Virus record (IMG/VR): IMGVR_UViG_3300005264_000003
Coordinates: 1-64,000 of that record
Direction: 5' to 3' (one strand)
Origin: a virus
DNA: 64,000 nucleotides
Part shown: piece after piece, positions 50,055 through 58,974 of the stretch
Layout: every line of letters starts with the position of its first letter
Position numbering within the stretch: position 1 is the first letter of the stretch
Program-made: the position numbers and the translations under genes
The notes under the pieces: model-generated
The model's input: only the letters and a program-made list of their open reading frames with translations
Database searches by the model: none
Told to the model about the DNA's origin: nothing

Positions 50055-50424
50055 TTTAAGAGACATTACAAATCAGTCGAATGAGCTTAGAGACATAAGC
50101 AATAAAGGATTAAGCTCAGCATATAAGTCGCGGGAGGTTTCAATTGGCACTGTTACCTCCTGTGCTACATTTAAAAATAAATTTATAGTTTACTTAATAG
50201 ACGAGCACGTTTCGGTAGATGCAAAGCTTACAGGCATACTTAATGACTGGATAAGCTCTGCAAGGCCGAGCACTGGAGATCTCGTTTTGGTCTTACATAA
50301 AGCTACTAGTGATGCTATGATATTTGCGAAAATGGATGATAAGAGATCAGCAGAATATAAAGACAATGTAAAGTCTAATCCATTCCAGCAATGCAGGCAC
50401 ATGCAGGCACAGGGCCCAACATAA
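50047..50424 (+). CDS. Baseplate spike N-terminal OB-fold-like protein
   Basis: IGTVTS...RPSTGDLVLVL resembles a gpV/gp5 OB domain; follows the hub gene. Confidence 0.55.
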   Translation: MSDLRDITNQSNELRDISNKGLSSAYKSREVSIGTVTSCATFKNKFIVYLIDEHVSVDAKLTGILNDWISSARPSTGDLVLVLHKATSDAMIFAKMDDKRSAEYKDNVKSNPFQQCRHMQAQGPT

Positions 50425-50435
50425 CAGGAGTTAAT

Positions 50436-50834
50436 ATGGCTGTAAAAAATAACGAGCTAAGCGGATGGGCGGCACCAAAAGAGAAGCCTGATGCGGAAAA
50501 TGTCGGCATGGTTAATGTTGAACTTGATCATAGAAAAATAGCAACCAGACAAGGTACAGCACAGATATATATACAAGACAATCAAATCACAGTATCGCAT
50601 GGTGCCAATGGTCTTATGGTAAACGAAAGAGGTACAGCACTAATTAATCCTTTGCATATAGCTACTGATCCTAGCATGACAAGAATAAATACATTTTGGG
50701 TGCTTAATGATGAGATAATGACTACGTTACCATCTACGATATATACACCAATACCAATGCTAAGATACAAGAGACCTGCATTTGCAGATCAAGTAACTGA
50801 TCTTGCTAAAAGATTAGCGTCATTAGGAGCGTAA
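50436..50834 (+). CDS. Baseplate spike-associated beta-rich protein (start likely 50436, not 50391)
   Basis: AGGAG at 50426-50430; short beta-strand repeats. Confidence 0.6.
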   Translation: MAVKNNELSGWAAPKEKPDAENVGMVNVELDHRKIATRQGTAQIYIQDNQITVSHGANGLMVNERGTALINPLHIATDPSMTRINTFWVLNDEIMTTLPSTIYTPIPMLRYKRPAFADQVTDLAKRLASLGA

Positions 50835-50863
50835 GTTATTAACAGATATCTGGAGAATATAAA

Positions 50864-51265
50864 ATGTTAACAATAAAAGACTTAATGACAGACAGCGCGG
50901 ATGACATAATAATTAATGGCGACATTACTATAGAGCCAGGCACAATTGTGTCTACTATTAAGATAGCTGAAAGAAGAATATCTGCTAGATACGATGACTT
51001 CTTGATTAATAATATTGGAGCAGGATTAGAAAGACATATTCTTAAGAGAATTGATGCGGCAACAAAATATAACATTGAAGATGATATAAGAAGATCGCTT
51101 ACGTCTGATATGCTTATGTCGTTTAGTGAATATAAAGCATACCTTCTTAGTGAGACTGATGATGGAAGCCTGCCTATAGTGATAAAGTTTACTTCTCCAT
51201 ATTTTGGATCTGAATATACGTTTAGCACTTTAATTAATAATCAGAATCAAAGATCTTATAACTAG
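50864..51265 (+). CDS. Baseplate wedge protein, gp25/GPW-like
   Basis: DL.....DIIINGDI...NIGAGLE...IEDDIRRSL; precedes baseplate J; GTTATTAACA at 50835. Confidence 0.75.
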   Translation: MLTIKDLMTDSADDIIINGDITIEPGTIVSTIKIAERRISARYDDFLINNIGAGLERHILKRIDAATKYNIEDDIRRSLTSDMLMSFSEYKAYLLSETDDGSLPIVIKFTSPYFGSEYTFSTLINNQNQRSYN

Positions 51266-51294
51266 AATATAAATATATTAAACTTGGAGAAAAA

Positions 51295-52509
51295 ATGGCT
51301 ACCTACAGAGATAAGTTAGAGAGAATACTGCAGTCCATGCAAGAAAGAACAGGGATGACAAACTTACTTCCTGGGTCCAAGGCATATCAGTTAGCTGAAT
51401 CTTACGCATATGAGCAAATGCTTCAAGAAGCCAAACAGGAAGATTGGACTAGTAGCAACAGTATATCTGAAGCTAAAGGCGAGAAGCTTGATGCTATATC
51501 TAAAGGGTTTTTTAAGATTCCTAGGCTAGAAGCTGTGAGGTCATATGCGTCCAGCTCAATGAAGGCTCTTAAGTTCTATACTGATGATGGATATACGTTC
51601 GGGTCCATCAATACAGATGAATCATCTAACGTTACTATGCAGCAAGACATCATTATAAACGAAGGAACTACGATAAGCGGAATAAGGGATGGCTTAATTT
51701 ACAAGTTTAGAGTTATAGAAGATACAGTACTTGAAAAGAGTAGTAAGGAAGCATACGTAAATGCTGAGTTAATTCAAGGTGCTTCAGATAATATTCCAGC
51801 TAATATCTTAAAAATTCATAACTTTACAAATTATTCACAATCAGTTAATGGCTTACTTAAAGTTACCAATCCTGTTCCAGTAAACAGCGGTAGGCCCAGA
51901 GAGCTAGATGAAAACTACAGGTTTAGACTTGCTAACTCAATGAGAGCATTTCCAAAGACAACATCAGTAGCTATACATCAGCAAGTTACAAGTATGCCTG
52001 GAGTGTCAGACGTATACATAGAGACAGCTGCGAATGGCGGAGGTACTTTTACTGTTTACGTACAAGGCACTACTCCAATAACAAGCAATGACTTAATAGA
52101 GGATGTTAACTTGTCATTATCTCAAGTCATTAATCCTTGGCAGGTCACTTACACTGTTACAAAGCCGCGTTATCTTGGAATATCTGCATCTTTAAATTTA
52201 GTATTTAAGGATGGTTTTAACCTGGCAGCATCTGAAATAGCAGTTAACTCAATCATAAATTACTTAAATAACTTTAATGGTCAAGTGTTTTATGTTAATT
52301 CAATTCTTAGCATAGCGCAGGGTGTACATTCAGACATACTTGATGTATCATTTAATTATGTAAGATTACATGTTGGATCTGAAGATATTCGATCCTATGA
52401 AGAGTTTAATTTAACAGAAGACCCTAACCCTACAATAGTACTGGAAGTTAAAGAGAAGCTAATTTCAGAGCCTATAACAAGTGCTATCATAGCTGTACCG
52501 GTGGTGTAA
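51295..52509 (+). CDS. Baseplate J-like protein
   Basis: AKGEKLDAI, VTNPVPVNSGRPRELDENYRFR, MPGVSDV and GTFTVYV. Confidence 0.9.
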   Translation: MATYRDKLERILQSMQERTGMTNLLPGSKAYQLAESYAYEQMLQEAKQEDWTSSNSISEAKGEKLDAISKGFFKIPRLEAVRSYASSSMKALKFYTDDGYTFGSINTDESSNVTMQQDIIINEGTTISGIRDGLIYKFRVIEDTVLEKSSKEAYVNAELIQGASDNIPANILKIHNFTNYSQSVNGLLKVTNPVPVNSGRPRELDENYRFRLANSMRAFPKTTSVAIHQQVTSMPGVSDVYIETAANGGGTFTVYVQGTTPITSNDLIEDVNLSLSQVINPWQVTYTVTKPRYLGISASLNLVFKDGFNLAASEIAVNSIINYLNNFNGQVFYVNSILSIAQGVHSDILDVSFNYVRLHVGSEDIRSYEEFNLTEDPNPTIVLEVKEKLISEPITSAIIAVPVV

Positions 52510-52510
52510 T

Positions 52511-55375
52511 ATGCTATATTATCCTTATAACGCAATAACATCAAAAACGATTAGCCAATTTCGGTATAATCTATATTCTGCTATAAGCATTAATATGCTT
52601 AAGTATAATCATGATTCATCTGCGACCCTGAGATTATTAAGTAGCTTAATTGATTCTAGTTGTGAAATAAATGAAGACCTGCCTTATCAATTTAGGTTTA
52701 ACTTTAAGGATTTTGAATTTGTTAACATAGATAGACTTAATGGATTTTCCTTATCCTCAGTTGATAATTTTTCAAAAGAAAACCAAGAAGGTAAGCAGCT
52801 ATATGGATATTCAAGATATACGAATGAGTACTATCCGCTGGAGATAATTAAAAGAAGGAATGATTTAATAAGACATTCTTTACCGACAGGAGCTTTCTTT
52901 AGCAGTATGACGATAGTGAAAGACCCTGAATTGTCATTAATCTACCCTAACACTAAATCTAATATCGGGCTAAAGGTTGAAGATAGTAGTATTACGATAC
53001 AGCCTGTATCTGGATTTAATTTTCTAGGCCGAGAAAGCGATAGCCCTATAAAGATTACTATATTTGGATTAGATACGTTTGGTGAAAGTATTGAAGAAGA
53101 AGTATTAATAGAAAGCAATATTGACTATATAACGATTAGTGAATTTAGTTTTATAGACAGTGCTATGGTAACAGGCGCAAATTACTCTGTTGAGATAATG
53201 ATATACCCCTACATAAGAGGAAGTGTTGTTGTATGGAACAATGATTATATTGACAGAGATACAATGGATGAGTACAATACGGTGCTAACAGTAAATAGAG
53301 AGGCGCATCAATTAGTATTCAACATGCTAAGAGAGAATCCATCTGAGTACCCGTATAACTACGAGCCCGTTAAAACCGTAGACTTCAACATGCCTGATAG
53401 TGAGATTATAATTGCTGAGTTTATAGATGTATCTAATAAGCTAATATATATATCTTCGGAAAATGATGGAGCCTTTTACTTAAGATGCTATCCTTTAGTA
53501 GTGCCAAAAACAAACATTAACACACTTGACAGTATTAAGACCACAGATCAGTCAGTAAGAATAGAGTGCCTGGAAGACTGTGTAGGTGAGAAGTTTGTGC
53601 TATGGATTTTCCCAACATCTAAGTCTAATGATGTGGATTTTATGCACATTTTCATTGATGGAAAAGCATATAAGCAAGACATACTGCTAGACTTAATAAG
53701 AGAGGGAATAGAAACAAATAGGATAGAGATACCTTTTTCTGACATCATACCAGCTCCGCCAGATAATTCATTAGACATTCCACCGGTAGTGCTAGACAAT
53801 CCTAATGCTTATGGGTCAGAGTCTGGTGATATGTTTGGTGGCTCTGTAGATATGTGTGATTCATATATAATAGCTGGAGCTAGCCGTGAAGATGACCCTA
53901 ATGGTTCAAGCTCTGGCAAGGCATATATATATAATAAAGAAACTGGCGCACTTATTCACACCTTAAATAACCCTAGTGGCTATGGTGGCAGCAATGAAGA
54001 TTACTTTGGTTATGCCGTCGGTATATGTGAGTCGTATAGTGTTGTAGGCGCTTATTATGAGGATGATCCTAATGGGACATATGCTGGTAAGGCATATATA
54101 TTCGACAATGTCACAGGAGAGTTATTGCATGTGTTAAATAACCCTAATGCCATTGGTGACAGTAGTTACTTTGACTTATTTGGCAGCGCTGTTTCTATAT
54201 GTGAATCTTATTGTGTCATAGGGGCGCATGGCGAGAGTGAAGATTCAGCAGCAGGACTCTTGGAATATGGTACAGCCTATTTATTTAACAATAAAACCGG
54301 AAGCCTGTTGCATCAGTTAGTTAATCCGGCAACGAAAGGCAGGTTTGGTCAGGCTGTTTCAGTATGTGAATCTTATAGTTTAATAGGGGCGTCCATGGAC
54401 TCCACTAATGGAACATGGCGAGGCTCGGCACATATATTTAGTAATACTACAGGAGAGCTGTTGAATACAATTGGTGTCCCAGATAGCATATTTTTTGGTC
54501 AAGCTGTTTCTATATGTGAATCTTATAGTCTTATTGGCGCATCTGACAGGAAAGCTAATGGTGTACATATAGTCTCTGATGCGTATTTATTTAAAAATAC
54601 AACTGGAGAACTAGTACATACAATAAAGAATCCAAGGACTTATAATGAAGATGGTAGTGATCGTTTTTCATATTCTGTTTCAGTATGCGAATCTTATAGC
54701 TTAATAGGGGCATCTGGTACAGATGGTGAGTCCGGGAAAGCATATCTCTATAATAATAAGACAGCCGAGCTAGTTAGGCTAATTAATAACCCTAATGCAT
54801 CTGGGTCAGAAGCGGGAGATAAGTTCGGCGGCTCTATATCTATTTGTGAGTCGGGCTATGTAATAGCAGCAATTGGCGAAGGATCAGGCGGACAAGCCTA
54901 TGCATATAAATTACTTCAACCAATGGAAGATGATAACTGTGCGCTAGTAGAAGTAAAGACATTTGGCGAAGTGCAGTCAGTTCAGCCCATCTTTCTTGAC
55001 AGAACTAAGCTTACTGCTTTATGGCAAAAGTCTCTTGATAACTACGACTTAGCTTTCAAAGACAGCCCAGCAATAGAAGCACTAGAGCCATCAATTAAGT
55101 CTTCTAGAATACAATATACTCCGATTGGTGCATATGGATATGGCGAAGAAGGATATGGCGGGTTAATAAGTGGATCAGATGAAAGCTTTGGCTATGGAGG
55201 CTTTAAAGAGCCAGATAGATCATTGCTGTTTAAGCTGTCGAATATAAGCCAAGTAACGCTTGATGGGTCCAGGATTGTGCATGTGTTTAATTCATTTTAC
55301 TATAATGAAGAAGACGACATTGTCGTTACATCAGATACAATAACTCACATAACATCTAACATGGAGATGTCTTAA
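52511..55375 (+). CDS. Baseplate/structural protein with inserted 7-repeat FG-GAP beta-propeller
   Basis: Seven NP...FGxxVxxCESYxxxGA...GxAYxF repeats at about 53792-54913. Confidence 0.8.
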   Translation: MLYYPYNAITSKTISQFRYNLYSAISINMLKYNHDSSATLRLLSSLIDSSCEINEDLPYQFRFNFKDFEFVNIDRLNGFSLSSVDNFSKENQEGKQLYGYSRYTNEYYPLEIIKRRNDLIRHSLPTGAFFSSMTIVKDPELSLIYPNTKSNIGLKVEDSSITIQPVSGFNFLGRESDSPIKITIFGLDTFGESIEEEVLIESNIDYITISEFSFIDSAMVTGANYSVEIMIYPYIRGSVVVWNNDYIDRDTMDEYNTVLTVNREAHQLVFNMLRENPSEYPYNYEPVKTVDFNMPDSEIIIAEFIDVSNKLIYISSENDGAFYLRCYPLVVPKTNINTLDSIKTTDQSVRIECLEDCVGEKFVLWIFPTSKSNDVDFMHIFIDGKAYKQDILLDLIREGIETNRIEIPFSDIIPAPPDNSLDIPPVVLDNPNAYGSESGDMFGGSVDMCDSYIIAGASREDDPNGSSSGKAYIYNKETGALIHTLNNPSGYGGSNEDYFGYAVGICESYSVVGAYYEDDPNGTYAGKAYIFDNVTGELLHVLNNPNAIGDSSYFDLFGSAVSICESYCVIGAHGESEDSAAGLLEYGTAYLFNNKTGSLLHQLVNPATKGRFGQAVSVCESYSLIGASMDSTNGTWRGSAHIFSNTTGELLNTIGVPDSIFFGQAVSICESYSLIGASDRKANGVHIVSDAYLFKNTTGELVHTIKNPRTYNEDGSDRFSYSVSVCESYSLIGASGTDGESGKAYLYNNKTAELVRLINNPNASGSEAGDKFGGSISICESGYVIAAIGEGSGGQAYAYKLLQPMEDDNCALVEVKTFGEVQSVQPIFLDRTKLTALWQKSLDNYDLAFKDSPAIEALEPSIKSSRIQYTPIGAYGYGEEGYGGLISGSDESFGYGGFKEPDRSLLFKLSNISQVTLDGSRIVHVFNSFYYNEEDDIVVTSDTITHITSNMEMS
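53792..54913 (+). repeat. Intragenic FG-GAP tandem repeats with DNA-level identity
   Basis: 24-bp identity between 54188-54211 and 54503-54526; 35/37 identity between 54354-54390 and 54675-54711. Confidence 0.85.
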
Positions 55376-56157
55376 TGTCATTTGGAATCTGGAATAACTT
55401 AGACGAAGCCGCGCTTTACCTTGGACTAGAAAGACTAGACGGAGAAGTTGATGAAGAGCTTTGTGCTCGAATTAAGAAGTTCGGTAAGTGGAGGTATAAG
55501 ACTGATTATTATACTCAAGTTCACTCCATACCTTTACAGGTAGGACTAGGCACGAAGAATCTATTAGAGATAACATCTGTAAAAAGATTTGAATGCAAGA
55601 TAGACTGGGAGCACTTTACAATAGAAAGCTTCAATGACGACGGTACTAGTTCAGAATATGTAAGAGTTTTTATAAATACTCCCTTTGTTACAATTAGTAA
55701 AGTTTCAGACTTACTAGATCAGTCACTAGACTTTAAATGCAATATATATAACCCCCAATACAAGAGTTACTTATTCAAAAACATAATAAGACATACAAAT
55801 GTATTCATTGAAACAGCATTCATTAATAGCAGTAATTATAATTTCCTAAATGGCAATATAATTAAGGGAACATTGAGATTTAATGATGATAATATATTTA
55901 ACAGAGAAGTAGGTAGCCTTCAAGATCTAGGGAGTTCTGGTGATTACTTTGTGGATTATACTAGGGGCTATATTCAGTCTTACGATAATATTAAAGATGG
56001 AATATACGCTACATATAGAAGATTTAATGATAGGTTTATATTAGAGCATACAGACATAAACTTGCAGCCATTGAATGTAATATCTAAATATGGAGTTACA
56101 GATGACCTCATAGACCTAATGCCATATCTCTTAAACGGCAAGACATGGGGAATATAA
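55375..56157 (+). CDS. Baseplate structural protein
   Basis: LDEAALYLGLERLDGEVDEELCARI resembles the wedge/baseplate LD..G....RxxGExD motif; GDYFVDYTRG. Confidence 0.65.
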   Translation: MSFGIWNNLDEAALYLGLERLDGEVDEELCARIKKFGKWRYKTDYYTQVHSIPLQVGLGTKNLLEITSVKRFECKIDWEHFTIESFNDDGTSSEYVRVFINTPFVTISKVSDLLDQSLDFKCNIYNPQYKSYLFKNIIRHTNVFIETAFINSSNYNFLNGNIIKGTLRFNDDNIFNREVGSLQDLGSSGDYFVDYTRGYIQSYDNIKDGIYATYRRFNDRFILEHTDINLQPLNVISKYGVTDDLIDLMPYLLNGKTWGI

Positions 56158-56158
56158 T

Positions 56159-56788
56159 ATGTCAAAATTAACTAAATTCAATGTAAACGGATTAGAAATA
56201 GTAGACACAAACAGTGTGAGCATATATAATCTTGGTCCAGTATTACTTTATGCTGTAGATATATTCATTTACTCTAAAGTAGCAAGTGATATGGAATGGT
56301 TACTAACTAACAATATTAACAATTCGCCTAAGATACAACTATCCATAGATAACAGTCAGGCGTTTGACATATCTAAAGGATTGGCTGGTGAGTCATTTTC
56401 GAATCCCATATCTTATAATAGACTAAACGATATTGGACCAAACATAAGAAAGATTCCAAGTCATAACGTTGAGTATCAAAAAGACGTTGCGCTAATAGGT
56501 GGCAGCATGGACAGCAGTGTTGGGTCAAATTGGTCATATAGATTTCCAGTGCCTAGCTCTGCAGCAGATAGGGCATTCCAGTCTCAGAACCCAGGAGTTA
56601 ATAGTGATTCACTAACTATAGAAATTATCATAAATCCCAAGACTGATTTCTTGATGCTAAATAGGGTTATGGGCAATGCTATAATCACCGTAGCGCCATC
56701 ATTATATAAAGGGCTTGAATACAATTATTTGAACTATAACTCACAGCCTAAATTTCCAGTAAGTATTGAAAAGGGCATAAGGTATTAA
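56159..56788 (+). CDS. Hypothetical virion protein
   Basis: Operon context. Confidence 0.7.
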   Translation: MSKLTKFNVNGLEIVDTNSVSIYNLGPVLLYAVDIFIYSKVASDMEWLLTNNINNSPKIQLSIDNSQAFDISKGLAGESFSNPISYNRLNDIGPNIRKIPSHNVEYQKDVALIGGSMDSSVGSNWSYRFPVPSSAADRAFQSQNPGVNSDSLTIEIIINPKTDFLMLNRVMGNAIITVAPSLYKGLEYNYLNYNSQPKFPVSIEKGIRY

Positions 56789-56789
56789 A

Positions 56790-58973
56790 ATGGCAAATAG
56801 CATTAATGAATCTTTGGATATTCTGAGAAGAAGCGTACTTTCAGTAATTATAAATAATACCGATATAAAGTTTACTAGCATTAAGCAATCACTAGAAGAG
56901 TACATAGCGAGTGGTGATAGTTTATTTTCCAGTCTATTGCATTTAATGGACTTTAATCCTCAAATGCTAGATTCATCGCAAATGAGTGCTGTGTATCTGC
57001 TTTCCTATATGGACTTCTTTGCAGTTTATGCACTTATGTACTCTAATTACATGCCTGTATTTCAGAACTTAAAGCATATATCAGAAAGTAAATATGCTCA
57101 CATATACAATCTATATAAAGACTTAAGCAGCGTAATGAAAGAAAAGCAAGCAGCACAAAAATACTTTTTCATTAGATATAATAGCTTCTTGTTTCCAAAA
57201 AATATAAACACCGAAGGGTCAGGGCTTATAAACAGGATAGAAAAAGCATCGAAGCCTCTTGGATTTAATGGCGTTTGTACTTTGCCGCTAAGAAAGCAAA
57301 CGGAAGTCAAGCCTTCATCAATAACATATTTCTCTGGAGACGGAGCAGTTAGTACTAATGCTAGCAGTGTTAAGCAGGATGGGTTTTCGTTCGAGATATT
57401 AAGAAGTCAAAGCAATAAAATTGGCACAGTGACAGGCAGTGGTGTAAAGCCAGCGAGTAGCACTACAATATCCATACCTGATGTAGCTGGAACTATTTTC
57501 GGATATTTTTCAGAGTCAATTCACTTAGAGTTAGTAGACATTGTTAGAGGTAATGCTAATGGTATAATTAGCGTGTCACTGATTGGCTCTACAAATGGAT
57601 TTGATTGGTCTGATGTTTTTGTTGCAAATGTAGATTCACAGACAAGCTTACTCATAGAGGATAACATAGCCATAGGACTGAATGTTAATTTTTACAGCGG
57701 CATGAACTTAAGAGTAGGCAATAAGTGGCTTATATCTATTAGTAATATAGATGTAAAATACCCATCTCTTATGCTTGATGTTAATTTTGATATATTGGAA
57801 CCAGTTTCATTTATAAGATATATGGATATTAGCTCATATAAGCTTGGAGTCAATAGTTCAACTATAGACAGAAATAGATTTAGCTCAGAGAGAATAAGTC
57901 CTTATACTTATGATGGCAGGATAGGACACGTCACTGTATGTGAAGGAGGACTAAATCAACTTAAGACAGAGCTCAGTCAATACGACTATGATATACAGTC
58001 TGATAATGGTAGCTTGTATTATAAGTATGATTTTAAGCTAAGTGATATAACAGCATATATAAACGAGTATGAAAGACACGGATCATTAGCATTTGATCCT
58101 CTAGTTGTAGATGGAATAAACACAGTAACAGTTGACTCTAAATGCAGGATGCCAGAGTATAAGCCAAATAGAATAGACTATAGTGAAAGCAAAGAAGATC
58201 AAGCTACGAAAGTAAGCATACCTAAGTCAAGCTTAGAGTTTAATATAATAGCAGAGACAGATACAAGCAGAGCTGTTATTCCAATGCTTCCAACTGACAT
58301 ACTTACAGATAGAACTACATATACAGAAAATAGCATGAGCCTACTTAACTCACTTCACTTAGATGCTAACGATGGAGATTACGGCACAGTAAGAGGTATT
58401 GATGAGCTATATGTGCGAATTGGGTCGTCATGGATAAAATACACAGAAGATCAATCTGCTGACACTCCATTGATTTTTGAACACGTTATTCCAGATAGCG
58501 TAGACTACAATGAATCTTATGGTAACATTGAATATGCGCCCGCAATATACAAGCCTAGGTTTCCAGTTAATGAAGACTATAATATTAAAAACACCGACCC
58601 TGTATTAACATTTAATTCTGAAAAAATGGTAGAAGCTGGATCTAATTATATTATAAATACTAAGAGTGTTACGATAAGCGAGTACTTCATGAAAGATACG
58701 CACTCTATATTCTATGGAGTAGACATTAGTAATATAGCGGACATGATTGGTAGTACAGTGGGCGAGAAGTGGATACAGGCAGCAAGCAACATTTACTACA
58801 TTTACTATATGGATGAAAACAGAAAGGTACACCTGGCAATAAGGAATATAGATGCTAGTACTGGTGGGCTAATTCCGTTTGTTGGATCTATAACTGGGCA
58901 AATAGAAATGAGTTCAATTGATGAGTCCTATAAGACTCCAATGGTATTTGACTACACTTTAGGGATAATTTAA
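56790..58973 (+). CDS. Baseplate/tail-associated structural protein
   Basis: 727 aa; helical N-terminus then beta-rich; architecture similar to the next two genes. Confidence 0.65.
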   Translation: MANSINESLDILRRSVLSVIINNTDIKFTSIKQSLEEYIASGDSLFSSLLHLMDFNPQMLDSSQMSAVYLLSYMDFFAVYALMYSNYMPVFQNLKHISESKYAHIYNLYKDLSSVMKEKQAAQKYFFIRYNSFLFPKNINTEGSGLINRIEKASKPLGFNGVCTLPLRKQTEVKPSSITYFSGDGAVSTNASSVKQDGFSFEILRSQSNKIGTVTGSGVKPASSTTISIPDVAGTIFGYFSESIHLELVDIVRGNANGIISVSLIGSTNGFDWSDVFVANVDSQTSLLIEDNIAIGLNVNFYSGMNLRVGNKWLISISNIDVKYPSLMLDVNFDILEPVSFIRYMDISSYKLGVNSSTIDRNRFSSERISPYTYDGRIGHVTVCEGGLNQLKTELSQYDYDIQSDNGSLYYKYDFKLSDITAYINEYERHGSLAFDPLVVDGINTVTVDSKCRMPEYKPNRIDYSESKEDQATKVSIPKSSLEFNIIAETDTSRAVIPMLPTDILTDRTTYTENSMSLLNSLHLDANDGDYGTVRGIDELYVRIGSSWIKYTEDQSADTPLIFEHVIPDSVDYNESYGNIEYAPAIYKPRFPVNEDYNIKNTDPVLTFNSEKMVEAGSNYIINTKSVTISEYFMKDTHSIFYGVDISNIADMIGSTVGEKWIQAASNIYYIYYMDENRKVHLAIRNIDASTGGLIPFVGSITGQIEMSSIDESYKTPMVFDYTLGII

Positions 58974-58974
58974 T

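Noticed and set aside
50391-50410. Exact 10-bp tandem duplication ATGCAGGCAC x2 as a frameshift splitting one spike gene
   Set aside because: Removing one copy does not put 50047 and 50436 in frame, and the downstream ORF has its own AGGAG RBS.
54188-54711. Near-identical DNA repeats as a possible diversity-generating retroelement TR/VR pair or CRISPR array
   Set aside because: The repeats are in-frame FG-GAP blades; the differences are T/C rather than adenine-specific on the coding strand; no reverse transcriptase or cas operon is in the window; spacing is not array-like.
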